Source of the DNA: Octopus vulgaris
Taxonomy: Eukaryota
Direction: 5' to 3'
Assembly (NCBI GenBank): GCA_951406725.2
Contig: OX597831.1
Location: 18,352,001-18,416,000, forward strand
Length of the DNA: 64,000 nt
Every line of letters begins with the position of its first letter. Within the stretch, counting starts at the first letter, position 1. The position numbers were made by a program, and so were the translations under genes. This document shows positions 1 to 15,600 of the stretch, in pieces. The notes beneath the pieces are model-generated. The model worked only from the letters and a program-made list of their open reading frames with translations, did no database searches and had not been told where the DNA came from.

Positions 1-492
1 AATATGAATGGGTGTAAGTATAGCTTTGATGGGGCTGATTAGTAATGGATTCTATGGAGTGTGATATTCTTATACACCCTTCCCCTCTTTTTTCTACGGC
101 AGCCGTAGAAATTACTCACAGCAGAAATAGATAAAACATTCTACGAAAATTATGGAACATCAAACATTCCCCCTGTACATGTTATGACAGATTTTTAAAC
201 ATAATCTCATCAAGTAATAATGAAACTTGGGACATCTCTCCAAAGTTTCAAAATGATTTCGCCTTACATCCCGTGAAGAATTTAATGCAATGTAAACCAC
301 ATCTGCAACACAATGCAAATGAGCGAATATCTAAGAGTGATTGTCGGGGGAGATATTATATGCACGCAGATTAAATTTCTTTATGTGAAATAAAATAATT
401 ATTTTCATAATCCACTTCACAATGTAATTTAAATAAAGTATTTGTTGTCGTAAATCTTGTAATCACTGAAACTTCAAATATTCCTTTTATAG

Positions 493-583
493 GGGTAGCC
501 AATTCCACAGTTTGTGATGCACTGGCAGAGTCTGTTTGTCCATATCAATATAAAGCTTTTCTGGAGCCTGACCCCGGTTGTCA
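493..583 (+). CDS. Gene A exon 2 (phase 1-2) of small secreted/GPI-type 6-Cys protein: (G)VANSTVCDALAESVCPYQYKAFLEPDPGC(Q); exon 1 is presumably upstream of the window
   Basis: ttccttttatAG acceptor and GTatgt donor. 91 nt, same length, phase and Cys spacing as exons 46576-46666 and 58936-59026. Confidence 0.85.
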
Positions 584-660
584 GTATGTATTATCGTCCT
601 TTTACGTTTAAATATTCAATTATTCCACGTGTATAATATACATCTTTACACGAGCAAAGT

Positions 661-712
<52 letters not shown>

Positions 713-717
<5 letters not shown>

Positions 718-2901
718 TGTAATGCAAGCCATATGCTACAAATGTGTCCCAGAGAGAAAGGCCACTGTACACAAGAACAAAATCCCCAGAGAGAGGAAGA
801 TTTTAATGAGACGACGTACAAAAATTTCAAATCGCCTAAACAAACAAATTAAAAGCAGTGAAAAGTCCCGCCTGAAAATAAAACTGTTGGAAATTGAAAA
901 ATATCTGCAACTCTCCCATGAAAAGGAAAGAGCAGACAAAGAAGCCTGGGCTATAGACAACATAAAAACTAACCCCAGAGTTTTCTACAGGTATGCCAAA
1001 GAAACAGCTACGGTGCACTGTAGGATAGGGCCACTCCTTGAAAAGGATGGCACACTCACAGGAAAACCAATGAGGGTAAGTGAAATACTGAATGAGCAAT
1101 TCAAGAGTGTTTTCACTCCACCCCTTCGGCATTTCCAAATCACCAATCCAACTGACTTCTTTACCACTGCAGATATAAAATCAGAGGCGGCGACGATAAA
1201 TTACATCGATATAAAGGAAGACGATGTAATAAAGGCTATAGATGAAATGAAAACAGACTCAGCTACTGGCCCCGATGGATTCTCGGCAATCCTCCTAAAA
1301 GTATGTAAGAGAGTCCTAGCAAGACCACTGCAGTTCCTCTTTCAGAACTTCCTTGCAGCTGGCAAACTTCCAAGAAACCTGAAGGAAAGTAAAAGATGCC
1401 CTATTCATATAGGAGGTAGCAGAGCGGAGGCCAAGAACTACAGACCTATCTCTCCGACCTCACACATCAGCAAGGTCATGGAACGAATAGTCAGAAGGAA
1501 ACTGATCACCTTCCTTGAAGAAAATGACTTGCTGCCTGACACCCAACATGGTTTCCGACCAGGAAGAAGCTGCTTAACTCAGCTCCTACAACACTATGGC
1601 TGGGTGCTGAAACGACTGCTCAACCACTCAAATGTGGAAGTGATATATCTCGACTTTGCAAAGGCCTTTGATAAAGTCGATCATGGAATGATATGTCACA
1701 AACTGCGTGATCTCAGCATAGTTGGAAAACTGGGAGAATGGCTTCATGACTTTGTGAAAGATAGAAGTCGGGTGGTAGTAGCCATTAATACGCAAATAGT
1801 GAGCGGTGTTTCGCAGGGCACTGTTTTGGGACCACTAATGTTCATAATGGCCCTCTCAGACATGCCCTCAGCCACGCAGAGAGCCACGATTACAAGTTAT
1901 GCAGATGATACAAAAGTTTCACAGGCAATACAGAACCCCGAAAACACTAAATGCCTGCAATGTGAGCTAGACAAAATATACAAGTGGGCTGAAAAGAATA
2001 GCATGCAATTCAATGCTGAAAAGTTTCAAGCTTTATACTATCAGCATGCAAAACTAAATGCAATACTCAATGAATACACTGGACCCGGAGGAATTGCAAT
2101 CCCAGAGGCACAATCAGTGCGTGACCTGGGTATTTACATGAGTGATGACGCAACCTTTCGTGTACTTGTTGCTAAATTGGCAATGAAATGTAGACGACTG
2201 GCCGGGTGGATTTTCAGAACCTTTAGAACAAGAGAACAATAAACCATGATGGTCCTCTGGAGGACACTTGTCCTAAGCCACTTTGACTATTGCTCTCAGC
2301 TATGGTCACCATCCAGTGTCAAGCTGATCACAGAACTTGAGGCGATCCAACGTAGCTACACGAAGAAGATAGCCTCTCTGCAGCATATAAGCTACTGGGA
2401 AAGACTCAAGAGATTAAAACTCTATTCCTTGGAGCGTAGGCGAGAAAGACATGCCATAATATACATCTGGAAGATCCTGGAGGGACTTGTCCCAAACTTT
2501 GGCATCGAGAGTTACACAAATGCCAGAACTGGGCGCCACCGCGTGGTGCCAAGGACTCCAAATTTGCCATCAAGATGTAGGACAAGATACTGTGATAGCC
2601 TGGGCTTCCGAGGCCCACAGCTCTTCAATATCCTCCCGAAGAACCTGAGAGACCTGCATGGGGTGGATGCAGATGTCTTTAAAATGAAACTGGATCTCTT
2701 CTTGTCAGGTATCCCAGATGAACCAACTTCAGGACAGGAGGTGCAGATGAGGGCAGCTGCATTGAACTCTCTCATGCACCAAATGGCAGTTGCCAAAAAG
2801 CATTCATGAAGTAAAACCATGTAGCAACACCAAATGGCGGTGCCCCAGCATGGCCACAGCTCATGAGCTGAAACTAGAATCAATCAATCAATCAATCAAT
2901 C
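713..2901 (+). mobile_element. 5'-truncated CR1-group LINE (family A), RT pseudogene
   Basis: YLDFAKAFD, QGTVLGP and YADD motifs. Premature TAA at 2240-2242. (CAAT)n tail; flanked by (TA)n; closely similar to 13629-15827. Confidence 0.9.
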
Positions 2902-2911
2902 ATATATATAT

Positions 2912-4070
2912 ACACCTTCATATGCCAACCTGGTGATGGGTTTCCTGGAAAACAAACTATACGGTGAAATAGGGAAAGTCTTCGAACACAAAGACATCAA
3001 GAAAAAGTGGAAACGCTACCTCGATGACTGCTTCATCTTTTGGAACAGATCAGAAGAAGACCTACGAACATTCCACAGCATCCTCAATACGCTGCACCCA
3101 TCTGTCAACTTCACAATAGATACCAGCCACAATGAACTTCCCTTCCTAGAAATCAACATCAAAATACACAACTCCATCATCACAACAGACATCCACTACA
3201 AAAACTGACACACACCAATACTTAAATTTCCACTCCTGGCACCCATCCCACACAAAAAGAAACATCCCATATAGTATGGCAAGACGAATATGTAGCATAG
3301 TAACTGATTCACAAATACGACTAATAAGACTAGATGAACTCAAAATCTTCCTCCTAGAGCAAAAATACCACCTTAAACTAATAGAAAATGGAATGACAAG
3401 AGCATTAAAACTAGACATCGCACAACTCAGGACACCCAAAACAAAAAACGAAGAAAACATTATCCCTTTTATAAACAAACACAACCCTGGAGTTACCAAC
3501 ATCTTCCAAACCATACATTCAAACCTACCAATAGACGTACAAAGCCCCAAAATGAAAAACATATTAAACAAATATAACATAAAAAACAGTAGACGACAGG
3601 ACAAAAACCTAAAGAAACACCTAACAAGAGCGAAATTCTTTTCGGAAACTAAAACGGATTATTTGCAAAAGAGTGCGGAGATGGTAGATGTGGGATCTGC
3701 AGCAACCCCCACCTACAAATACATAGAGGGAAACAGAGAGATGAGATTTAAAAGTGGTTACGTATTTAAAGTAAATGCAGATGTGAACTGCAAGACGCAG
3801 AACGTTATATACTGCATAACATGCCCCACGTGCAAGGAGGATTACAAAGGTGAAACTGGTAATTCTTTGTGCCAGCGAGTCAGGATTCACCGACAACATG
3901 TTCGGCAGAGAGAACTACGCAAGATACCACTAAGTACACATCTAGCTACGTGAGGAGAAGGAAAGTTTAAGAACTTTCCCTTCTACAAATGTCCGAAGAA
4001 CGACACCTTTTGAGGAGGAATATGGAAAGATATTTCATAGCTAAGTTCTCCCCAAATTAAATGGCTGAAA
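2912..4070 (+). mobile_element. Penelope-like element, RT C-terminus plus GIY-YIG endonuclease, frameshifted
   Basis: RYLDDCF RT motif; NVIYCITCPTC..Y.GETG..L.QR...H GIY-YIG motif. Confidence 0.85.
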
Positions 4071-4142
4071 TGTTACTCATCATACAATGAAGGACAAATC
4101 TTTCGATTTACAATGTAATATAGTAGAACATTTAGTATATAT

Positions 4143-4211
<69 letters not shown>

Positions 4212-4215
<4 letters not shown>

Positions 4216-6503
4216 CCCCTCATATTGAGACCGCGTGGCAGCACTTTGAAACCATTGTCACCGACACATGCTCTAAACACGCTCCCAAGAAATCTACTAA
4301 CACAAACAGAAACCGGCTCCCTAAAAGAAAAAAAACACTCATCAGGCGCATCAAAAGACTCAACAAAAAAATCAACCAATTAAAATATTCCCACACGCAA
4401 CATCCACATTCAACAACAATGAAAAGACTAGAGCTGGAAAAACTTCATCTGCAGACTAACACGAAAACCTCCATTGAAAATCAAAGAGCTGTGGAGGAAC
4501 AATGGGTAATCAAAAACATCAAACAGAACCCAAATGTGTTCTATTCTTATGCAAATAAGCATAGAACCACTGTCTCACCTATTGGGCCATTGATTGATGA
4601 AAACGGCATTCCCCAACACGATGCTAAAGAAATGGCAGAAATACTGCAGAAACAATATTGCTCTGTCTTCAGTGTTCCCACTGATATTGATGTGAGGGAA
4701 ACGAACGAAGCTGACTCCCAACACAAAATCGCAGACATAACCTTCACTGCCACCGACATCGTAGCAGCAATAAATGAGGTCAAACATTACTCTGCTGTAG
4801 GCCCTGATAGATTTCCCGCCAGTCTCCTGAAGGAATGTAGATATCAACTTGCAGTCCCTCTGACCAACCTCTGGAGAAACTCGTTAGACGCAGGTTATAT
4901 ACCGAAAAAGTTTCTATCCCAGTCGGTCATCCCGGTTTTCAAACAGGGAAACAGATCCCTCGCAGTCAACTATCGCCCAATCTCACTCACCTCCCACATC
5001 ATTAAAGTGTTTGAAAGAGTGTTAAGATCAAGGATAGCTGACTTCCTGGAGACCCACAAACTCCTAAATTCAAATCAGCATGGCTTTCGCTGTGGCAGGG
5101 ACTGTCTAACACAGCTCTTACACCACATTGAAGATGTACTCAAAGCCTTGGGAACAGGTTCGAACTCTGACGTCATATACTTTGACTTCAGTAAAGCGTT
5201 CGACAGGGTAGACCATAACATCCTACTCTCAAAATTGGCAAATGTTGGAATCCGTGGAAAAGTTCTACACTGGATTCAGTATTTCCTAGCGAATAGAACA
5301 CAACATGTTGTAGTTGATGGAGTCCACTCAAACCCAGCAAAAGTCACCAGCGGTGTTTCCCAGGGAACTGTTTTGGGTCCGCTACTCTTCATAATTTATG
5401 TAAACGACCTTTCCAGTGTCGTACATCACTGCAAAGTGAAAATATTCGCTGATGACACTAAGCTCCAGCAAATCGTCAATGAAGAAGCAGACCGAACTCA
5501 ACTCCAGTCTGACCTATATGCTGTGAGTCAATGGGCAGACAGAAACAAAATGCAACTGAATGAGGGAAAATTTGAGCTGATGCATTTTGGAAGAAATTCC
5601 TCACTAAAACAACCATACTCTCTTCCTTCAGGGGAACCGCTCACAGCCTCTAACAATATCAGAGACCTGGGTGTAATTGTTGATGACGATCTCAGTTGGA
5701 GTGCACACATCAACAAGAAGGTCGATACAGCTCGTAGGATGAGTTCCTGGATCTTAAGAACTTTCCGGTCCAGAGAACAAGGTGTCATCATACCACTTTT
5801 TTCATCCTTTGTACGGCCACACCTTGAATACTGCTGCCCACTGTGGTCTCCTCATACAAGACAAAACATCTCCAGAATTGAGTCACCCCAGATGGCTCTC
5901 ACTAAACAAATTGAAGGCATGGCTGCTCTCGACTATTGGGATCGCCTTAAAGCCTTGAAACTTTACTCCTTCCAACGTCGCCGTGAGCGGTACATCATTT
6001 GTACGATGTGGAAAATATACCGCCAACTTTGCCCAAACGACCTAAACATTAGCTTCAAGGTTCATCCGAGACTTGGACCACGGGCTATACGTCCCCTGCC
6101 AAATTCAAGATCACAACATACATGTACACTGCAACATAATTTCTTTTCCTCAACAGGCCCTACCCTATTTAACATTGTCCCGAGGGAGATCAAAGAGGAA
6201 AAGGATCCCATCAACTTCAAACAGAGTCTGGATAGATTCCTTCAAAGAATACCAGATAAGCCACCCATAATTGGATACAGCTCACCCAACAATAACTCAC
6301 TACTTGAACAAAACTGGATACAACTCACCCAACAAGAACTCACTACTTGAACAAAACTGGATACAACTCACCCAACAAGAACTCACTACTTGAACAAAAC
6401 TTGACTTAAACATGATTCGAATAATCCTATCAGGTGGTGCTATTAAGTTAGACATGCCTGGACCAATCTCTGGTCGAAACATATCTAAGTTTATCTAAGT
6501 TTA
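4212..6503 (+). mobile_element. 5'-truncated CR1-group LINE (family B) with open RT frame
   Basis: YFDFSKAFD, QGTVLGP and FADD motifs. (CTAAGTTTAT)n tail; inserted into the (TA)n of a Penelope-associated 3' repeat. Confidence 0.9.
6294..6400 (+). repeat. 43-bp tandem repeat x2.5 at the end of the LINE B ORF
   Basis: aactcactacttgaacaaaactggatacaactcacccaacaag starts at 6294, 6337 and 6380 (partial). Confidence 0.85.
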
Positions 6504-7733
<1,230 letters not shown>

Positions 7734-7772
7734 GTGGATTTCGTAGACGGAAACAGACAGGAGCCCGTCGTA

Positions 7773-7817
<45 letters not shown>

Positions 7818-7852
7818 ATGTTTGTGTGTCTGTATTTGTCCCCCTAGCATTT

Positions 7853-8984
7853 ACAAGGTCATGGAATGAATAGTCAGAAGGAAACTGATCACCTTTCTTG
7901 AAGAAAATGACTTGCTGCCTGACACCCAACATGGTTTCCGACCAGGAGGAAGCTGCTTAACTCAGCTCCTACAACACTATGACTGGATGCTGAAACGACT
8001 GCTCAACCACTCAAACGTGGAAGTGATATATCTCGACTTTGCAAAGGCCTTTGATAAAGTCGATCATGGGATGATATGTCACAAACTGCGTGATCTTAGC
8101 ATAGTGGGAAAACTGGGAGAATGGCTTCATGACTTTGTGAAAGATAGAAGTCAGGTGGTAGTAGCCAATGGGGCCACTTCCATTAATACGCAAATAGAGA
8201 GAGGTGTTCCGCAGGGCACTGTTTTGGGACCACTACTGTTCATAATGGCCCTTCAGACATGCCCTCAGCCACGCAGAGAGCCACGATCACGACTGGCCGG
8301 ATGGATTCTTAGAACCTTCAGAACAAGAGAACAAGAAACCATGATGTTCCTCTGGAGGACACTTGTCCTAAGCCACTTTGACTATTGCTCTCAGCTATGG
8401 TCACCATCCAGTGTCAAGCTGATCACAGAACTTGAGGCGATCCAACGTAGCTACACGAAGAAGATAGCCTCTCTGCAGCATATAAGCTACTGGGAAAGAC
8501 TCAAGAGATTAAAACCCTATTCCTTGGAGCGTAGGCGAGAAAGATATGCCATAATATACATCTGGAAGATCCTAGAAGGACTTGTCCTAAACTTTGGCAT
8601 CGAGAGTTACACAAATGCCAGAACTGGGCGCCACCGCGTGGTGCCAAGGACTCCAAATTTGCCATCAAGATGTAGGACAAGATTATGTGATAGCCTGGGC
8701 TTCGAGGCCCACAGCTCTTCAATATCCTCCCGAAGAACCTGAGAGACCTGCATGGGGTGGATGCAGATGTCTTTAAAATGAAACTGAATCTCTTCTTGTC
8801 AGGTATCCCAGATGAAATAACTTCTCGGCAGGAGGTGCAGATGAGGGCAGCTGCATCGCACTCTCTCATGCACCAAATGACAGTTGCATTCGTGAAGTAA
8901 AGACATTTAGCAACACCAAATGGCGGTGCCCCAGCGTGGCCACAGCTCGTGAGCTGAAACTAAAATCAATCAATCAATCAATCA

Positions 8985-8987
<3 letters not shown>
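7853..8987 (+). mobile_element. LINE family A fragment with internal deletion removing YADD
   Basis: Matches 14386-15827, with a junction at ~8290 (ccacgatcac|gactggccgg). (CAAT)n tail. Confidence 0.85.
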
Positions 8988-9023
<36 letters not shown>

Positions 9024-9025
<2 letters not shown>

Positions 9026-9835
9026 TCCCTTCCTTCCTTCAGGTGAAACTCTCGCGGCGTCCAACAACATCGGAGACTTGGGAGTAATTGTGGACAACAA
9101 CATAAGCTGGGCCACTCATATAAACACCAAAGTTGACATGGCCCGCAGAATGTGTTCCTGGATTCTCAGAACTTTCCAGTCGAGAGATATCCACACCATT
9201 ATCCTTCTCTTCTCCACTTTTGCCCGACCCCACCTTGAATACTGTTGTCCACTGTGGTCTCCCCACACAATACAAGGTATCATAAAAGTTGAAGCACCTC
9301 AAAGGGCAATCACAAAAAAGATAGATGGCATGACAGGCCTCGACTATTGGGGTCGACTAGAAAAGCTAAAACTCTATTCTCTCCAACGTCGTCGTGAGCG
9401 CTACATCATCTGCATGATGTGGAAAATATTCCATCAGCATTGCCCAAATGATGTTGGCATCACCTTTAAGGTACATCCAAGGCTTGGGCCCCGTGCCATC
9501 CGCCCAAAACAAAAATCGCACTCTCATCTCATAACAACAATACGGCACAATTATTTCACCTCAATTGGCCCCGCTCTCTTTAACATTACACCAAAACACA
9601 TTAAAACAGAAACTGACCCTCTAGGGTTCAAGAAGTCTTTGGACAGATTCCTTCAAGAAATCCCGGATAAACCCCCTACACCCGGATATGTCTCTGTAAA
9701 CAATAATTCTATACTTGAGTGGGCCATAGTGCCCAAATTCTGACTTGAAAGACTTCACCAGGTGGTGCTATTAAGTTAGACATGGCCTAGGTCAATAATG
9801 GCCGAAACCTATCAAAGTATCAAAGTATCAAAGTA
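9024..9835 (+). mobile_element. 3' fragment of a LINE B-related subfamily
   Basis: RPHLEYCCPLWSP..RRRERY. 3' UTR caggtggtgctattaagttagacatg shared with ~6430. (ATCAAAGT)n tail. Confidence 0.85.
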
Positions 9836-10068
9836 TATATATAAATAAAATGGGGTTTGTATGATTGTGTATAGAGGGATATTTCATTTTACTATATGTA
9901 TCTATATATATATATTAAAATTTTATGTATTGATTAAGTCTTTCCTTGTTTGTTTTGGAAAATAGTGGTTTTGTCTCTAATTAATATTATATAATATTTT
10001 ACTATAAAATTGGATTTAATCCTAAATCTGATTTTTTCCCTGTAAATTTGGATTTATTCCCTAATATT

Positions 10069-10123
<55 letters not shown>

Positions 10124-10206
10124 GGTCCCGGGTTGATTCGGGGTTAACCACAGTAAATAAGGTACTCAATACATAGCAGAGTAAAATTAATTTATTATAT
10201 AGAAGG

Positions 10207-10257
10207 AGCTTCTACAGGACTGGAACTGTTTCATTCAAGAGAAATCTTCAGAAAGCT
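10207..10257 (-). ncRNA. Type I hammerhead ribozyme motif
   Basis: Reverse complement reads agcttt-CTGAAGA-tttc..gaat-GAAA-cag..ctg-TA-gaagct. Stems I and III pair; stem II has one mismatch. Confidence 0.65.
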
Positions 10258-10499
10258 AGTTAAAAAGAATTGTATTGGCATTTATACATTTAGGCAGGTT
10301 TAAAGGGGTGTTGGTGGGGGACTTTTGGGGGGTAGGCATAGCGCAAAATATCATACTTGGGGGAGTGGTCAAGGAGTCAGTGTTAAATTAGATAGAAGAA
10401 TAAATAAAAAAATAAAAAAATATATATATACATCTTAGTTAAAGTTGCGATCGTCATTTTGTTTGTTTACATTTTCAATATCTGTTCTCGATATAATAA

Positions 10500-11825
10500 T
10501 TTTCCAGATACTCTATCTTCTAATTAGCCTTAAGATTAAATTAAATAACGTTTAATATTGATACCGTCAAATTAGCCTTAGGATTAAATTAAATAACGTT
10601 TAATATTGTTTAATATTGTTAATAATTATTGTTAATTAGCCTTAAGATTAAATTAAATAACGTTTAATATTGTTTTAATATTGTTAATAATCTTTCAGAT
10701 ACTCTATCTTCTAATTAGCCTTAAGATTAAATTAAATAACGTTTAATATTGATACCGTCAAATTAGCCTTAGGATTAAATTAAATAACGTTTAATATTGT
10801 TTAATATTGTTAATAATTATTGTTAATTAGCCTTAAGATTAAATTAAATAACGTTTAATATTGTTTTAATATTGTTAATAATCTTTCAGATACTCTATCT
10901 TCTAATTAGCCCTAAGATTAAATTAAATAACGTTTAATATTAATAACGTCTAATTAGCACTAGGATTAAATTAAATAACGTTTAATATTGTTAATAATTA
11001 TTGTTAATTAGCCTTAGGATTAAATTAAATAACGTTTAATATTGTTTAATATTGTTAATAATTACTGTTAATTAGCCTTAAGATTAAATTAAATAACGTT
11101 TAATATTGTTTAATATTGTTAATAATTATTGTTAATTAGCCTTAGGATTAAATTAAATAACGTTTAATATTGTTTAATATTGTTAATAATTATTGTTAAT
11201 TAGCCTTAAGATTAAATTAAATAACGTTTAATATTGTTAATAATTCTTCAGATACTCTATCTTCTAATTAGCCTTAAGATTAAATTAAATAACGTTTAAT
11301 ATTACCCACACTCTAATATAATATTTACATTGCTAATATATTTTCAGATACTCTATCTCCTGATTAGCCTTAAGATTAACTAACGTTTTTATCCACACTC
11401 TAATATAATATTAATATTGCTAATATATTTTCAGATACTCTATCTTCTAATTAGCCTTAAGATTAAATTAAATAACGGTTAATATTGCTTAATATTGTAT
11501 ATATAATTTTTCAGATACTCTGTCTTCTAATTAGCCTTAAGATTAAATTAAATAACGTTTAATATTACCCACACTCTAATATAATATTAATATTGCTAAT
11601 ATATTTTCAGATACTCTATCTCCTAATTAGCCTTAAGATTAAACAACGTTTTTATCCACACTCTAACATAATATTAATATTGCTAATACATTTTCAGATA
11701 CTCTATCCCCTAATTAGCCTTAAGATTAAATAACGTTTTTACCCAAATAACGTTTTTTACACAAACTTTAATATTGTTAATATTTCTTTTTCAAGTACTC
11801 TATCTTCTAATTAGTCTTAATATCT
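10500..11825 (+). repeat. AT-rich tandem repeat array upstream of LINE ORF1
   Basis: Many copies of cagatactctatcttctaattagccttaagattaaattaaataacgtttaatattg with variants. Confidence 0.9.
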
Positions 11826-11881
11826 TCCTGTCTTCTCTCGAACATAATTAGATAGATAAACGGATAGACGGATTATCCAGC

Positions 11882-12667
11882 ATGTCCAGAGCATGGAGAC
11901 GTGACGAGCTGGATTTATTCGTACGAGCATGGGAGTGCGCCGGCGGAGATAGCCCTAGGGAGGTGATTGCGGCTGCGCTGAAGAGCAGAGGCTACAAGAG
12001 GACAGCGGCTCAGATGGAGCGAAAGAGACAGGAATTCGTGCGCTCATATGCTCTTGTACGGTCGCACATTGGCGCACTTGATGCCATCTTTGAGAACGAG
12101 CGGGGCAAAGATGGCAAGAATGGAGACGATGAAAGAAGTCACCCCCACCTGGTGGACGCCCGGGAGGAGGTTTTGAATGAGAAACCTGCCCGGGAAGTGA
12201 ACCCAGGTGCAAGTTCTCCAACCGGCAGCAAGGGCCATGGAGACGGAGAACCCGGTGAAGAGGTAGAGGGAGGAAGAAGAACTAAAAGAAGGACTGGAAG
12301 AGCTAAAGGAAAAGAAAAAGCTCAAGCAGGACCAAAGAGTGAAACAACCAGAAATAGAAGTGGAACCGCAAAGGATGGAACCAAACAGCGCACACGGGTG
12401 TGTATGTTCTACCTGAGAGGTTCCTGCTGGCATGGAAAGGAAGGTGCAGGCTGCCGCTTTGCACATCGGGGACCCTGCCACAGAGACACGAGGCAGATGG
12501 ACAAACCATCAACACAAAGAAAGGGATGGACCACGCACCACCTGCCCCAAAGCGGAGGTACGCAGGTGTTGTGCGCGTCACAAACAGCCAACATGATGTT
12601 GTCGAAAGAGCAGCTGCTGAGCAACAATCTTTTTTGTGCATGGCACAAAAGATTGTACAGCAGCTGA
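11882..12667 (+). CDS. LINE ORF1 with Myb/SANT-like N-terminus and CCCH zinc finger; C-terminus probably frameshifted into the 12400-12792 frame
   Basis: W..DEL..FV.AW...IA..L..RGY.RTA.Q...K resembles a trihelix Myb domain; CMFYLRGSCWHGKEGAGCRFAH is CCCH-type. Confidence 0.7.
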   Translation: MSRAWRRDELDLFVRAWECAGGDSPREVIAAALKSRGYKRTAAQMERKRQEFVRSYALVRSHIGALDAIFENERGKDGKNGDDERSHPHLVDAREEVLNEKPAREVNPGASSPTGSKGHGDGEPGEEVEGGRRTKRRTGRAKGKEKAQAGPKSETTRNRSGTAKDGTKQRTRVCMFYLRGSCWHGKEGAGCRFAHRGPCHRDTRQMDKPSTQRKGWTTHHLPQSGGTQVLCASQTANMMLSKEQLLSNNLFCAWHKRLYSS

Positions 12668-15600
12668 CCTGGCTTCATCAAACCCAAGCCCGCAGGTGGG
12701 ACTACCCACTATATACCAGACCACCACAGCAAACAGACACAGGATGGACACCGCCGGCAACAACGTACACCTCACCTCGATACTCCTACTGAACATCAGA
12801 GGACTGCAAACACTCAGTAACAGGACAAAGATCCCGTTCCTGAGAGACTTTGTTGCATGCAATCAAGCCATATGCATAGCACTTACAGAAACGCACCTGA
12901 AACCGGACATAGCAGATGCGGAGTTACACATACCACAGTATGCTGTACTACGGACCGACAGGAAAGAAAGGAGTCATGGAGGTGTTGCTATGTACATCCG
13001 TGAGGACCTCACACCCCAGGTCCTCTTGTCATACTCAAACTCGGTGTGTGACACACTAATTGTACATATTAGGCAACTTGATGTAGTTGTGTGTGCTACA
13101 TATCGCCCTCCAGATGCCCCAAGCCATGTGGGCAAGTTTGAAGACTGCCTTATAAAAATAGAAGAAATTCTAACCACATTAGAACAACACATAGGTGTGC
13201 TTCTTATGGGAGACTTCAATCTGCCCAATGTCAGATGGCCCGAGGGCCTTTCTCTCCCAGGAATGACAAGATGTGAACGAGGACAGGCGAGGTCCCTCCT
13301 GAACCTCACCAACACCCTGTACATGGAGCAGGTAATACTCCAACCAACCAGGGCAGGTAACACACTGGATCTCTGCTTCACAAATGACATGGATCTCATC
13401 CATAATGTGAAAGTGACACCGACACTACTCTCGGATCACAACATGATAGAGCTGACCATGTACGGGCCAAAAGAGAGCACGGACATGCAGCCTACAAGAA
13501 ACCCTCAAAATCTTTCCAGCTTGAACTACCATAAGGCAAACTGGAAACAAATTGAGAAAGAGATCCTCAAACAAAACTGGCCTAAATGTCTCTCCTCGCC
13601 AGACATCGACGTGAAACTTCAACAATTCATGTCTGTAATGCAAGCCATATGCTACAAATGTGTCCCAGAGAGAAAGGCCACTGTACACAAGAACAAAATC
13701 CCCAGAGAGAGGAAAATTTTAATGAGACGGCGTACGAAATTTTCAAATCGCCTAAACAAACAGATTGAAAGCAGTGAAAAGTCCCACCTAAAACTAAAAC
13801 TGTTGGAAATCGAAGAATGTCTGCAACTCTCCCATGAAAAAGAAAGAGCAGACAAAGAAGCCTGGGCTATAGAAAACATAAAATCTAACCTCAGAGCTTT
13901 CTACAGGTATGCCAAAGAAACAGCTACAGTGCACTGTAGAATAGGGCCACTCCTCGAAAAGGATGGCACACTTACAGGAAAACCAATGAGGGTAAGTGAA
14001 ATACTGAATGAGCAATTCAAGAGTGTTTTCACTCCACCCCTTGGGCATCTCCAAATCACCAATCCAACTGACTTTTTTACCACTGCAGATATAAAATCAG
14101 AGGCGGCGACGATAGATTACATCGATATAAAGGAAGACGATGTAACCAAGGCTATAGATGAAATGAAAACAGACTCTGCTACTGGTCCCGATGGATTCCC
14201 GGCAATCCTCCTAAAAGCATGTAAGAGAGTCCTAGCAAGACCACTGCAGTTCCTCTTTCAGAGCTTCCTTGCAGCTGGCAAACTTCCAGGAAAACTGAAG
14301 GAAGGTAAAATATGCCCCATTCATAAAGGAGGTAGCAGAGCGGAAGCCAAGAACTATAGACCTATCTCTCTGACCTCACACATCAGCAAGGTCATGGAAC
14401 GAATAGTCAGAAGGAAGCTGATCACCTTCCTTGAAGAGAATGACTTGCTGCCCGACACCCAACATGGTTTCCGACCAGGGAGAAGCTGTTTAACTCAGCT
14501 CCTACAACACTATGACTGGGTGCTGAAACGGCTGCTCAACCACTCAAATGTGGAAGTGATATATCTCGACTTTGCAAAGGCCTTTGATAAAGTCGATCAT
14601 GGAATGATATGTCACAAACTGCGTGATCTCAACATAGTTGGAAAACTGGGAGAATGGCTTCATGACTTTCTGAAGGATAGAAGTCAGGTGGTAGTAGCCA
14701 ATGGGGCCACCTCCATTAACACACAAATAGTGAGCGGTGTTCCGCAGGGCACTGTTCTGGGACCACTACTGTTCATAATGGCCCTCTCAGACATGCCCTC
14801 AGCCACGCAGAGAGCCACGATCACAAGTTATGCAGATGATACAAAAGTTTCACAGGCAATACAGAACCCTGAGGACACTAAACACCTGCAATGTGAGCTG
14901 GACGAAATATACAAGTGGGCTGAAAAGAATAGCATGCAGTTCAATGCTGGAAAGTTTCAAGCTTTATACTATCAGCATGCAAAACTGAATGCAATACCCA
15001 ATGAATACACTGGACCCGGAGGGATTGCAATCCCAGAGGCACAATCAGTGCGTGACCTGGGTATTCACATGAGTGATGACGCGACCTTTCATGTACATGT
15101 TGCTAAACTGACAATGAAATGTAGACGGCTGGCTGGATGGATTCTTAGAACCTTTAGAACAAGAGAACAAGAAACCATGATGGTCCTCTGGAAGACACTT
15201 GTCCTAAGCCACTTTGACTATTGCTCACAGCTATGGTCACCATCCAGTGTCAAGTTGATCACAGAACTTGAGGCGATCCAACGAAGCTACACAAAGAAGA
15301 TAGCCTCTATGCAGAATGTAAGCTACTGGGAAAGACTCAAGAGATTAAAATTATATTCCCTGGAGCGTAGGCGGGTAAGATATGCCATAATACACATCTG
15401 GAAGATCCTGGAGGGAAGTGTCCTGAACTTTGGCATCGAGAGTTACGCAAATGCCAGAACTGGGCGCCACTGCGTGGTGCCTAGGACTCCAAACCTGCCA
15501 TCAAGATGTAGGACAAGATACTGTGATAGCCTGGGCTTCCGAGGCCCACAGCTCTTCAATATCCTCCCGAAGAACCTGAGAGACCTGCATGGGGTGGATA

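Noticed and set aside
10500-11825. Regular repeat array superficially like CRISPR
   Set aside because: Eukaryotic context, no unique spacers and no cas genes; it is a degenerate tandem repeat.
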